The notes: generated from the sequence alone by a model not told the origin. 64,000 nucleotides of DNA from Verrucomicrobiota bacterium (GCA_049510745.1 JBEKYR010000013.1:69288-133287); one strand, 5' to 3'. Shown: positions 21,088-31,230, counted from the first letter of the stretch. Translations and numbers: made by a program.

Positions 21088-21726
21088 TTAGCAATTTGGA
21101 TTTATTCCAGTCATGGCATCGGCGATGCCCCCGGACCTTTGCCGCAGGGAAAGGTGGTGTGCGGGCCAGGCGTCCATGGGCGTGACATCCGGGCCGGGAT
21201 TGAACGTGAATCGGACGAGGTTTTTGAGGTTCAGGATCGAGATGCCTCCCTGCAACAACCGGAAGTGGACTGCAGGCGCGGAGAAGAGCATGTGCAGCCG
21301 TTGAAGCCGTTCCGCTTCCACTGCTACTTGGATTTCAGCCGCCAGAAATATTCGACTCCCGCCAGTCATTTCGACTTCCACATAGACTACGGCGAACTCG
21401 CCTGTCCGTTTCGGGCTTCGGCGTCGCTCCAGCCGCGCCGGGTCGTTCACGTGGCTTCGTTCTTGGAAATCGTCCTCGGGCAACTCGACCATATCCAAGA
21501 TGTCGGTGGGCTGTTCCCACAGAGGGAGATCTTCGGCGATAAGGTCAACGCGGTTGACCCGCGCAGCGACGAAAGACGTCAGGGAATACTCGCCGGCAAT
21601 GGTAATGACGTTGCCGGCAAAAACTCTTGAGGGCTGGATTTCCTTCAATATACGAGCTGCCAGGGCCGGATTGTCTTGGAAAAAAGCCCCGACCGAACCT
21701 CCCTGGGTATGAATTAGAATTTTCAT
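21088..21726 (-). CDS. Hypothetical protein, first gene of the ackA-xfp-glg operon
   Basis: 212-aa ATG ORF abutting the next gene; no recognised motif. Confidence 0.7.
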   Translation of the reverse strand: MKILIHTQGGSVGAFFQDNPALAARILKEIQPSRVFAGNVITIAGEYSLTSFVAARVNRVDLIAEDLPLWEQPTDILDMVELPEDDFQERSHVNDPARLERRRSPKRTGEFAVVYVEVEMTGGSRIFLAAEIQVAVEAERLQRLHMLFSAPAVHFRLLQGGISILNLKNLVRFTFNPGPDVTPMDAWPAHHLSLRQRSGGIADAMTGINPNC

Positions 21727-21908
21727 GTTGTGAATTTTCTATCGTCGTTCAGTTCAACAAGCCTGTGTCCATTCCTCCCGTAATGCGACAGATGGCTCTC
21801 GATGTTCGCCAAAATTCTTGGCCCATATTCATGAGGGCCGCTTTGGCGCTTGAGACTCGGCGCTTGTTCATATTGTTGAATGCAATTCGCATACAAAACC
21901 CGAATTGC

Positions 21909-22018
21909 GCAGGTAACATGCCAACTATCTCGGAAATGCAGAAGCTGCTGAGGTTGACATACTAACGACTCACAAGCGGCTCGCGGCTCAGGCTCGAAAC
22001 TTCGAATGTTCGAAAAAC
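21909..22018 (-). promoter_or_regulatory. Sigma-54-type promoter (21923-21909) with class A upstream site (22018-21995)
   Basis: Minus strand TGGCAT-GTTAC-CTGC; upstream GTTTTTCG-AACATT-CGAA-GT-TTCG, gap 71 bp. Confidence 0.7.
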
Positions 22019-22187
22019 AAAGTTTCTTGCGACTTCCTGGTATTGGACAGGCACGCCTCCGCCGGACATGAGCGGCCTGGCAGAACCGTATCACTGAGAA
22101 CGCCACAAGGACTGCAGCGAGCGTTTCACTTGCGTCCGGAAATGGGCGCCTGCCTGCGTACACGAGGAACCGAACGAACGATTGTCT

Positions 22188-22298
22188 GTTTTTCGAGTCT
22201 TCGAAATTCCGAGCCTCAGCCTACGAGTCGGTTCTAAGCCGTTACCACTTGAAGCCCAGCACCTTATGCATTGCGAAGATAGCTGGCACGGCCATTGC
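22188..22298 (+). promoter_or_regulatory. Sigma-54 promoter (22284-22298) with class A upstream site (22188-22211)
   Basis: Consensus TGGCAC-GGCCA-TTGC; upstream GTTTTTCG-AGTCTT-CGAA-AT-TCCG, gap 72 bp. Confidence 0.8.
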
Positions 22299-22313
22299 GT
22301 AAGTCAGCTTTGT

Positions 22314-22982
22314 ATGCGAATCGAGCAGAGCAGAGAAGCAGATTGGCCAACCAGCCCAACCGGGTGCCCCTTGGCCGCGCGGAACCGAGTGCTAGAGGTC
22401 GCCTGTGAAATGTTCGCCGAGGCCGGTTTTCACGGAACACACTTTCGGGAAATCTCCAAGCGCGCCGGGACCAATGTGGCTGGGATCTGTTACCACTTCC
22501 AGAGCAAGGAGGGACTTTATCAGGCCGTGATGATGGAGGCTGGCCGGCGGCTTTCCGATCGCGACGAGGACTTCCTGGGGTCCTGTGCTCATTTGCCGGC
22601 TGAACAGAGGCTTTTAAGGCTCACCGAGTTGCTATTGCAAAAACTTAGCGCCAAGCGCGCCTGGATTGCCAAGCTTCTGACCAGGGAATTGATGGACCCA
22701 GCCTGCGGAGCGCACACGTATGTGGCATCCGGGCTTGAGCGGGATTTTGTCCTGCTCCAGGCGGTGATGAGAGACCTGCTCGCTGCGGGCGCCAGCAGCG
22801 AAACCCTCCCGCTCCATGCGCTGAGCTTGATTGGTGAGTGTGTTCTTTACTGTTTAGCAGTAGAGAACCCGCACCACCCCTTGGTTCAGTTAGCCGCAAG
22901 TTTGCCAAATCGAGCGCACTTGGCCCGGTTTCTCACGGAGCGTTCGTTGGCGGTCCTCCAACGACAGATTTCAAACCTTTAG
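22314..22982 (+). CDS. TetR-family regulator (CecR/YbiH-like)
   Basis: VLEVACEMFAEAGFHGT..REISKRAGTNVAGICYHFQSKEGLY HTH; start at ATG 22314. Confidence 0.85.
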   Translation: MRIEQSREADWPTSPTGCPLAARNRVLEVACEMFAEAGFHGTHFREISKRAGTNVAGICYHFQSKEGLYQAVMMEAGRRLSDRDEDFLGSCAHLPAEQRLLRLTELLLQKLSAKRAWIAKLLTRELMDPACGAHTYVASGLERDFVLLQAVMRDLLAAGASSETLPLHALSLIGECVLYCLAVENPHHPLVQLAASLPNRAHLARFLTERSLAVLQRQISNL

Positions 22983-22994
22983 TGGCAATTGCAC

Positions 22995-24155
22995 ATGAAA
23001 AATCAAAGACAGCTTATGATCTATAACATTAATTCAAGGCTCCGCTTGGCGAGAGTCGGATGCAAAGGGCTGATGTTGCTATGCGTGGCGTTGGCGCTCG
23101 GCGGGTGCGGGAAGCCGGCGGCCAGACCGCCCGAGAAATCGTTGGTGCGCACCGCGATAGTCGAGTCGATGAACAGTGGCGGGTCCGACGGTGAGGCTTC
23201 TTACCTGGCACAGGTGAAGTTCGACCACGAAACGGACTTGAGCTTCAAAGTGGGGGGGATTTTGGTCGGCATCGGGCCGGCGGCCGGCACAGATTGGGAC
23301 GAGGGGACGCCGGTGAAAGCCGGGATGGTCCTGGCCGAGTTGAAGCAGGCTGACTTCACTAATGCGTTGAACTCGGCTCGCGCTCGCGCGGAACTGGCGG
23401 GCAAGACTCTCGAGCGTTTTCGCAAGCTGCGCGGGACGGATGCCATTTCCCAGCAGGAGCTCGATGTGACTGAGGCGGACTGGCAAACTGCCCAGGCCCA
23501 ACTGGACCAGGCGGAGCAGAATCTTCGGGATTCGCGGCTGGTGGCGTCCAAGCATGGAGTGGTGCTGGCTCGCTATGTTAATTCGGGCGTCACGGTGGCT
23601 CCCGGCCAGCGGGTGCTGCGCTTTGCCGACACCGGCCTGATGTCCGTCGAGTTGGGATTGCCGGATCGATTGGTAGGGCGGCTCGCCCCAGGCAAGGAAG
23701 TGGAGGTGGAGGTGTCGGGGTTAGAGGGCCTGCCGCCGTTTCGTGGTCGCGTTTCGGAGGTGGGAGTGGCGGCCAGCACCGAAGGCCGGTTGTTTCGCGT
23801 GGTGATCAAGGTGCCCAACCCGGAGGGCCTGCTGCGCTCAGGTATGACGGCGCGTATTCACGTCGGCGACACGCCGGCGGCGACCCCGGGCACGGTCTGC
23901 GTTCCGCTCTCGGCGCTGGTGACCCTGGCTCCGGATAGCCGTTCGGAAGCGAGCGGCCGAGCGCAGTTAGGGGTCTTTGTCGTCCAGGATGGCAAAACGG
24001 TGCAGCGAGCGGTCAAGACGGGCGATATTCGCAACAGTTCAATTCTCATTACCGAAGGGTTGCGGGCAGGTGAACAGGTAGTGACTGCGGGAGCGAGTTT
24101 TCTGTATGACGGCGCTCCCATCGAAGTCGCTACAGACAGTGTGGCCGCGAAGTAA
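22995..24155 (+). CDS. RND efflux periplasmic adaptor
   Basis: Lipobox-like LGGC, LSFKVGG, coiled hairpin, LRSGMTA, GLRAGEQVVTAG. Start uncertain. Confidence 0.9.
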   Translation: MKNQRQLMIYNINSRLRLARVGCKGLMLLCVALALGGCGKPAARPPEKSLVRTAIVESMNSGGSDGEASYLAQVKFDHETDLSFKVGGILVGIGPAAGTDWDEGTPVKAGMVLAELKQADFTNALNSARARAELAGKTLERFRKLRGTDAISQQELDVTEADWQTAQAQLDQAEQNLRDSRLVASKHGVVLARYVNSGVTVAPGQRVLRFADTGLMSVELGLPDRLVGRLAPGKEVEVEVSGLEGLPPFRGRVSEVGVAASTEGRLFRVVIKVPNPEGLLRSGMTARIHVGDTPAATPGTVCVPLSALVTLAPDSRSEASGRAQLGVFVVQDGKTVQRAVKTGDIRNSSILITEGLRAGEQVVTAGASFLYDGAPIEVATDSVAAK

Positions 24156-24178
24156 GCCCTGAAAGGAGAGACGTTCCA

Positions 24179-27100
24179 ATGTCTGAACCAGTCGAAAATA
24201 AAGTTGAGTCCGGTGATCTGGCCCAGTTTTTTGTCGAGCACCGGGAGGTGAGTTGGCTGGCCCTGATTGCGGTGTTGGTTTGGGGAGCCGTGGCTTATAC
24301 CAAGCTAGGCCAGCAGGAGGACCCGACGATTCCCCAACGAACGGCGATGCTGGTCACGCAGTTCCCGGGCGCGACGGCCTCGAAAGTGGAGGAGTTGGTC
24401 TCCAAACCCATTGAGCGCAAGATCAGCGAGCTTAAGTCCATCGAGGAGATCAAGACGCAATCGCAGCCGGGCATCTCCACCATGACCATCAAACAGCTTC
24501 CCGCCTCAACGGCAACGATTGACCAGGAGTGGGACAAGGTACGGGCCAAACTTCAGGAGGTGCAGTTGCCTGAGGGGACGCGTCAGCCGTGGTTAAACAC
24601 CGATTTCGGCAACACGATAACGCTGTTGTTCGGATTAGTCAGCCCTCCCATCACAGATGCCGAGTGCGTGGCGCGGGCCAATCTCCTGCGGCAGCGCCTG
24701 GCCGAGGTCCGGAGGGGTGCGCCCACAACCAATCATGCTGCGATGGCGGCATTCTTCCCATCATTGGGCGAGAATTACCTCGAGGTGCTCCGCGGCCGAT
24801 TGGAAACAGCGGTCCGCGCGGCTGGTCTGGCCAAAGAAGTGCGCACGGTTCAAGGACATTCGTTTATTCTGGTTGATCTGGAAACCTCCGCCTGCCGGGC
24901 CGACCTGGAGCAATTTACGGCCGATTTCGTCAGAAGGCTCACCGGCACCGACCGTGAATTGTGGCACCCCGATTTCACTCAACCGATCTTGCTGATGGGC
25001 GACGAGGACCCGCTGCCGCAAATTCGGGCCTCGGCTCCGCCGCGCTACAGCTATCGAACGCTCGAATTGCTGGCGCGCGATTTTGAGGATGCGCTCAAGC
25101 AAGTCGAGAGCGTCGGCAAAGTTACTAAAATCGGCATTGTGCAGGAAACGGTGTATCTGCTCTTTTCGGATGCCAATCTGGCCGGCTACGGGTTGACCCC
25201 GGAGATGGTCATAAGCTCGATTGCCGCCCGTAACGCGGTGATCCCCGGCGGCACGATGCGAACCGAAGGACGCAATTTCCCGGTGCAACTTTCCGGCGAA
25301 TACAAAACCGAGAAGGACATGCTCGGCACCGTGGTGGGCCTGAGCCGCGAAGGCGCGCCGGTGTATCTGCGCGACATTTTTGACGTCCGCCGGATGTATG
25401 AGTCGCCCATCTCGTACAAAGTGGATATCCTCGGGCGGACGGGCACCAATGGGCCGCTGGACACGCGCTGGGCGGTGATGGTGGCCGTCGAGATGCGGGA
25501 TGGTGAAATCATTCGCTATTTCAACCGGGACGTCATGAAAGTGGCAGATACCATGAAAGTCCGCATGCCCGAAGGCCTGGAGTTCCGGGTGCTCTCCGAC
25601 CAACCCACAGCCGTCGAACACCGCATCCATCACTTCGTCCGATGCTTTGTGGAAGCGGTGGCCATCGTGATTATCGTGGGGTTGTTCCTGATGGATTGGC
25701 GTTCGGCGCTGGTGCTGGCCATAGCCGTTCCCCTGACCGTCGCCATGACGTTGGTGGGCATGCAACTGCTTCACATTCCCTTGCAACAAATCTCCATTGC
25801 CTCGCTCATTATCGCGCTGGGAATGCTGGTCGATGTGCCCGTGGTGGCCTCGGACGGCATCAACCGCGAGCTGCATCGGGGAGAGCCGCGGCTGCGCGCG
25901 GCCTGGCTTGGCCCGCTTCACCTGCGGCACCCGATGGTGTTCGGGACGTTGATCAACATCTTCGCGTTCCTGCCGTTGCTGCTGCTAACCGGGGACAAGG
26001 GTGAGTTTATGAAAAGTCTCCCGGTCGTGATCACCCTGGCTTTGCTTTCGGCGTTACTGGTGTCGGTCACCTTTACACCCCTGATCAGCTATTACGTCCT
26101 GCGAGGGCAAAAAGGGTTTGATGAAGGCGGCGAGGTCCGTTCTTTTTTCCTGTTCCGCTACGTGGACCAGGCGCTTGCCGCTGTCTTGCCACACTATCGC
26201 GCCGCACTCCAAGGAGCCCTCAAGCGCCCCTGGCTGGTCCTGGGCGTGGGTTATTCGCTGCTGGCTCTTAGCTGCCTCCTGGTTCCGCTGTTGGGCAGCC
26301 AGTTTTTCCCGCCGGCCGAGCGCAACCAGTTATTGGTGGATATCGAGCTGCCTTCCACCGACTCGCTGACCAGCATGAGGGCAACGCTGGATCAAGTGGT
26401 GGCCCTGATCAAACGCCATGAGGAGGTCTCCAGCGCGGCGGTTTTCTCCGGCGGCACCGCTCCTCGCTTTTACTACAACATCGAACCAAAGGAACCGGCA
26501 AACTATCTCGCGCAGATTCTCATCAACACGCGGCACGAGGACGAGGTGAGAGGCTTGCTCCTGAAGCTGCGCCAGGAACTGGACCAATCGGTCCCCGGCG
26601 CGCGCTGCGTGGTCAAGCAGCTCGAACAGGGACCGCCGGTCGCGGAGCCGATTCAAATCCGCCTCAGCGGCGAGAACCTCGATAAGCTGCGGCTATTGGC
26701 CGATCAGACGGCAGCCGTACTGCGCGCGGCGGGCGGCTACCATGTGTTCGATGACCTGGGCTTGCGCATGCCCAACATTGAGATCGATATTGACCAGGAC
26801 CGCGCCAATTCGCTGGGCTTGAACAATCAGCAAATCGGCGCGGTGGCCCAGGCCTCCTTCACCGGGCTCAAGGTGACGGAGTTGCGGGAGGGTGACCGGC
26901 TCATCCCGGTGCTGATTCGCGGCCGCATCGAGGAGCGCAGCGAAGTGGACAAGATTCGCGGCCTTTATGCCCCAACCCCCGACGGGAAAGGCGTCCCGTT
27001 TGAGAGCTTCTCGAAGCTGAAAATCCAGCCGGAGTTTGTCACCATCCCGCACTACAACCAGCTTCGCACGGTGACGGTCAAAGCCTACGCGCCTTTCGGG

Positions 27101-27706
27101 GAGCTGCCTTCGCGGATACTGGACCGTGCGCGAGCGGGCCTGGCCAAAATCAAATTGGAACCGGGTTACGAAATGCGGTTTGCCGGCGAGGACGAAGAGT
27201 TGCGCAAAGTCCAGGCCGAAATGGGATCGGTGATGCAGATATCGCTGGCGCTGATTGCCTTGACGATGGTGTTGCAGTTCAGCTCAGTCATCAAATCGGT
27301 GGTGGTCATGCTGACGGTGCCGCTGGGACTCATTGGCGCCTTGCTGGGGCTATGGGTCACCGGCTCGCCACTGGGATTTATGGCGCTGCTGGCGATGGTC
27401 AGCCTGGCCGGCGTCATGGTCAGCCACATTATCGTGCTCAGCGACTTCATCGAGCATGCCCGCGCTCGAGGGCTGCCCTTGGAAGAGGCGCTGGTGCAGG
27501 CCGGCCTTGCGCGTTTGCGTCCGGTGCTGGTGACAGTCCTCGCCACAGTCGGCGGACTTATCCCGCTGTTCCTGACCGGCGGTGCGCTCTGGCATCCACT
27601 GACGGCGGTCCACATCTTTGGCCTGCTTCTTGCCACCGTGCTGACCCTGGTCATGTTGCCGACGCTCTACTACGTCTTCTGCGCCAAGCTGAAATTCATC
27701 AAGTAA
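24179..27706 (+). CDS. RND efflux permease with periplasmic insertion
   Basis: FPGATASKVEELVSKPIE, 12-TM layout, RLRPVLVT. Confidence 0.92.
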   Translation: MSEPVENKVESGDLAQFFVEHREVSWLALIAVLVWGAVAYTKLGQQEDPTIPQRTAMLVTQFPGATASKVEELVSKPIERKISELKSIEEIKTQSQPGISTMTIKQLPASTATIDQEWDKVRAKLQEVQLPEGTRQPWLNTDFGNTITLLFGLVSPPITDAECVARANLLRQRLAEVRRGAPTTNHAAMAAFFPSLGENYLEVLRGRLETAVRAAGLAKEVRTVQGHSFILVDLETSACRADLEQFTADFVRRLTGTDRELWHPDFTQPILLMGDEDPLPQIRASAPPRYSYRTLELLARDFEDALKQVESVGKVTKIGIVQETVYLLFSDANLAGYGLTPEMVISSIAARNAVIPGGTMRTEGRNFPVQLSGEYKTEKDMLGTVVGLSREGAPVYLRDIFDVRRMYESPISYKVDILGRTGTNGPLDTRWAVMVAVEMRDGEIIRYFNRDVMKVADTMKVRMPEGLEFRVLSDQPTAVEHRIHHFVRCFVEAVAIVIIVGLFLMDWRSALVLAIAVPLTVAMTLVGMQLLHIPLQQISIASLIIALGMLVDVPVVASDGINRELHRGEPRLRAAWLGPLHLRHPMVFGTLINIFAFLPLLLLTGDKGEFMKSLPVVITLALLSALLVSVTFTPLISYYVLRGQKGFDEGGEVRSFFLFRYVDQALAAVLPHYRAALQGALKRPWLVLGVGYSLLALSCLLVPLLGSQFFPPAERNQLLVDIELPSTDSLTSMRATLDQVVALIKRHEEVSSAAVFSGGTAPRFYYNIEPKEPANYLAQILINTRHEDEVRGLLLKLRQELDQSVPGARCVVKQLEQGPPVAEPIQIRLSGENLDKLRLLADQTAAVLRAAGGYHVFDDLGLRMPNIEIDIDQDRANSLGLNNQQIGAVAQASFTGLKVTELREGDRLIPVLIRGRIEERSEVDKIRGLYAPTPDGKGVPFESFSKLKIQPEFVTIPHYNQLRTVTVKAYAPFGELPSRILDRARAGLAKIKLEPGYEMRFAGEDEELRKVQAEMGSVMQISLALIALTMVLQFSSVIKSVVVMLTVPLGLIGALLGLWVTGSPLGFMALLAMVSLAGVMVSHIIVLSDFIEHARARGLPLEEALVQAGLARLRPVLVTVLATVGGLIPLFLTGGALWHPLTAVHIFGLLLATVLTLVMLPTLYYVFCAKLKFIK

Positions 27707-27716
27707 CCACCATGTT

Positions 27717-29189
27717 ATGCGCTCATCTCTTTTCAAACTCCCCTTTTGCTGCGTCGCGGCGCTGACGCTGGCTGGCTGCGCCATTGGCCCGAACTACCAA
27801 CGTCCCGCGGTCAATGCGCCAGCAGGTTTCCGCGACGCCACCAATCGCGTCTCCACCAACTCGTTGGCCGATCTTCCCTGGTGGGGGGTATTCAAGGACC
27901 CGGTGCTCCAAGACTTGATTCGCGTCGCCCTTACCAACAACTACGACCTGCGGATTATCCTCACCCGGGTGGACCAGGCGCGCGCGCTCCAGATGCAGGC
28001 GCGCTCCCAATTCCTGCCCCAAGTTGGCTATGCCGGGGAAGCCAGCCGGGGACGGAATTCGTTCCTCGACCTGCCAAACCCGAACGGGGGTCAGACCATG
28101 AACGGGTTCCTGGGTGGCTTTGGAGCCCTTTGGGAAGTTGACCTCTGGGGTCGTGTCCGCCGGATGAACGAGGCGGCGCGCGCCAACTTCATGGCGACAC
28201 AGGAGGGCCGTCGGTCGGTAATGATCTCCGTAGTCAGCGGCGTCGCAAGGGCCTATTTCGAGTTGCTGGAATTGGACGACCAGCTTGCCATCGCCAGACG
28301 CACGCGGGATTCCTACGAGCGGACTTTCAGGCTCTTTGACGACCAGCACGCCGCCGGCTTGGCTTCGAAGCTGGAGTTGTCGCGCGCCAAGTTGGCGTTG
28401 GCCTCGGTTTCAGCCAACATCCCCGAAATCGAGCGGCAAATCGCCCTCAAGGAAGACGAGATTAACACGCTGCTGGGGCGCAACGCGGGACCAGTGCCTC
28501 GCACGTCAACCCTCGTGGCTCAAGAGTTGCCCCTGGAGATCCCGATGGGCCTGCCTTCCGCTCTGCTTGAGCGAAGGCCTGACATTCGGATGGCTGAACA
28601 AGAGGTCCGTGCGGCCAACGCAGAAATCGGCGTCGCCGTCGGTGACTTCTTTCCGCGCATCGGTTTGACTGCGTTTTACGGTGGGACCAGTACTGATCTG
28701 GACAAGCTGGTATCGACGGGCGCCAACACTTGGTCAATCGCCGCAAGCACGGCCGGCCCGTTGTTCACAGGAGGCCGGCTTACGGGGCGCTATCGTCAGG
28801 CCAAAGCCGCCTGCGAGGAAGCGAAGCTTCATTACCAGGACACAACTCTCGGCGCGTTCCGAGAGGTGTCCGACGCGCTCATATCCCACCGCAGATTTGA
28901 CGAGGAGCGCGTTGAGCAAGCCGAGGCCGTCAATGCCGGTCGCGAGGCCGTGGCCGTAGCGACCGACCGCTACAAAGAAGGCAAGGCGAGCTATTACGAA
29001 GTTCTCGAGGCTCAACAGCAACTCTTTCCCGCGGAAAACGCGCTATCGCAGATCGAGGCCGGGCGCCGTCTTGCGGTCGTTCAACTTTACAAAGCCTTGG
29101 GCGGTGGCTGGTCGCTGAAAGACTCCGAGTGGTCTGGACTGAGTGCGGAGGTATCATCCTCTCGAAATCCCGGCGGCACTGCACACTGA
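27717..29189 (+). CDS. Outer-membrane efflux lipoprotein (NodT/OprM family)
   Basis: LAGCAIGPNYQRP, WEVDLWG, LLERRPDI, LYKALGGGW. Confidence 0.93.
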   Translation: MRSSLFKLPFCCVAALTLAGCAIGPNYQRPAVNAPAGFRDATNRVSTNSLADLPWWGVFKDPVLQDLIRVALTNNYDLRIILTRVDQARALQMQARSQFLPQVGYAGEASRGRNSFLDLPNPNGGQTMNGFLGGFGALWEVDLWGRVRRMNEAARANFMATQEGRRSVMISVVSGVARAYFELLELDDQLAIARRTRDSYERTFRLFDDQHAAGLASKLELSRAKLALASVSANIPEIERQIALKEDEINTLLGRNAGPVPRTSTLVAQELPLEIPMGLPSALLERRPDIRMAEQEVRAANAEIGVAVGDFFPRIGLTAFYGGTSTDLDKLVSTGANTWSIAASTAGPLFTGGRLTGRYRQAKAACEEAKLHYQDTTLGAFREVSDALISHRRFDEERVEQAEAVNAGREAVAVATDRYKEGKASYYEVLEAQQQLFPAENALSQIEAGRRLAVVQLYKALGGGWSLKDSEWSGLSAEVSSSRNPGGTAH

Positions 29190-29283
29190 TTTCGGGTTAT
29201 GGAGCAAGAAAGGTAATTCGGCATACTCTGCAAATTTGGCTGGAACTGCGAATTCGGAAGAAAAACGAAGGTTCGCAGCTCAC

Positions 29284-29398
29284 TTGCAATATCTTGCAAG
29301 TTGCGAAGACGTGCAGGCCAAAGGCAATGGTTTCACCATTTATATCTATCTAATCCATAACGGGTTGCAATAATGGTCTGGGATGGCATGACTCCTGA
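29284..29398 (+). promoter_or_regulatory. Sigma-54-type promoter (29384-29398) with class B tandem site (29284-29316)
   Basis: TGGCAT-GACTC-CTGA; TTGCA-ATATCT-TGCAA-G-TTGCG-AAGACG-TGCAG, gap 67 bp. Confidence 0.55.
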
Positions 29399-29476
29399 GA
29401 TAAGACACCTAACCGGAGCGGGATTGCTTGACGAATCCAATACCGGATTAAAGAAAAATCCTATGAAAGTGAATTT

Positions 29477-30865
29477 ATGATAAGGCGTTCCTCAAAACCT
29501 GACCTTAAAAACCCAGATAAGCTCGACCGGCAGTGGAGTTCAATAATTTGGTATTTTATATTGATGGTGCTATTTCTCTGGCTCTGGCAAGGCGCGATAG
29601 GTCAATTCGCTGTCCGCACTATTCCTTACAGCCAGTTCAAGACATATTTGGCGAACCATGAAGTGACTGAGGCCGCGGTGAAACAGGACGAAATTGTTGG
29701 CCGCATCGAGCCGCGGGCGCCTGTCGCCACCAATGCTGTCCCGACCATGGTCAACCGTCCGCCGACCAACAGCGAACCAAACAGGACCAACTTGATTTCA
29801 ACCGCGAAGGGACCTTTCCAGTTTAAAACCGTTCGCCTCGAGGACCCGGATTTGGTCAAGGAACTGCAAGCGGCCGGAGTGCAGTACACCGGGGTGCGTC
29901 TTAGCTCTTTATCGCAGTTCCTGCTGGGCTGGGGGTTGCCCATTGCCGCCATGACCGGATTGTGGGTGTTCATGGGACGCCAATTCCGAACCGCCGGGCA
30001 AACGATTTTCAGCTTTGGCAAGAGCACGGCTAAACTGATGGCTGACAAGACAACCGGGGTGACTTTCCAGGATGTGGCCGGATGTGATGAAGCGAAGGTG
30101 GAACTGCGGGAGGTGGTGGACTTCCTCAAGAATCCAAAACGTTACCAGGAGCTTGGCGCAAAGATCCCCAAAGGTGTCCTGCTGGTTGGGCCACCCGGCA
30201 CAGGCAAAACATTGCTGGCGCGGGCCGTTGCCGGCGAAGCCCAGGTTCCGTTTTTCTCGCTGAACGGCAGTGATTTCGTCGAGATGTTTGTGGGTGTGGG
30301 CGCTTCCCGCGTCCGCGACCTTTTCCAGCAAGCCAAAAAGCAGGCTCCGTGCATCATTTTCATTGACGAACTCGATGCCATAGGCAGGGAGCGAAGCATC
30401 CACATCGGGGCGGTAAATGATGAGCGAGAACAGACCCTAAACCAGTTGCTTGCTGAGATGGATGGTTTTGAACCGAACGTCGGTGTCATCATGCTGGCGG
30501 CTACCAACCGGCCCGAGGTGCTCGACCGCGCCTTGCTCCGTCCGGGCCGATTTGACCGCCAGATTGTCGTCGATGCGCCTGATCTCGACGGCCGCGAAGC
30601 CATCCTCAGGGTGCATGCCAAGGATAAACCGTTGGCCGGCGGAGTGGACCTTCGCCAGGTTGCCCAGGGGACCGTCGGGTTTTCCGGAGCGGATCTCGCC
30701 AATGCTCTCAATGAAGCCGCCCTGCTTGCCGCCCGCCGCAAGGAGCGTGAGATCACCCAAATTGATCTCGAAGACGCGATCGAGAAAGTCGTGGCCGGCC
30801 CCGAACGGAAGAGCCGGCGGATGGCAACGTGCGCGAGTTGCAGAACCGAATCGAACGGGCACTGA
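29477..30865 (+). pseudogene. ftsH: FtsH truncated before the M41 protease domain
   Basis: Two TMs, [25 protein letters not shown]; similarity stops at GPERKSRR with no HEXXH motif. Confidence 0.9.
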
Positions 30866-31176
30866 TACTCGCGGAGAACGGCGTGATGTACCTCGATTTG
30901 CCGACTGGCGAAGCCTCGCCAGAAATCACCGCCCCGCCTCCCGCCGCCACAGCGCGGCCAGCCGAAACGGAGGTTCTAAGTGACATCGAATTTAGGCAGC
31001 GTGAGCGCGACAATATTCTGGCAGCGCTCAATAGAACTAAATGGAAGATTCACGGTCCGGGCGGCACCGCGGAGTTGTTGGGGCTCAAGCCGACCACATT
31101 GGTGGCTCGAATCAAAAGGTTCGGACTCAAAAAGGAGATCCATGGAGCGATCCCAGCGTCCCCCAGCACGGGTTAG
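30823..31176 (+). pseudogene. C-terminal remnant of a second sigma-54 activator (GNVREL to HTH)
   Basis: [16 protein letters not shown]...ERDNILAAL...TAELLGLKPTTLVARIKRFGL, in a different frame from ftsH. Confidence 0.9.
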
Positions 31177-31230
31177 ACGCGCCCGGCAACCGCGTCGCCA
31201 AAGTCCACTTTCCAGCGATTTGTAATTTGA

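Noticed and set aside
21749..21871. 40-codon minus-strand ORF in the operon leader (MNKRRVSS...GLLN)
   Set aside because: No motif or second copy; cannot be told from a chance ORF.
30800..30865. Programmed frameshift making an FtsH-HTH fusion
   Set aside because: No slippery heptamer at the junction; a deletion explains it more simply.
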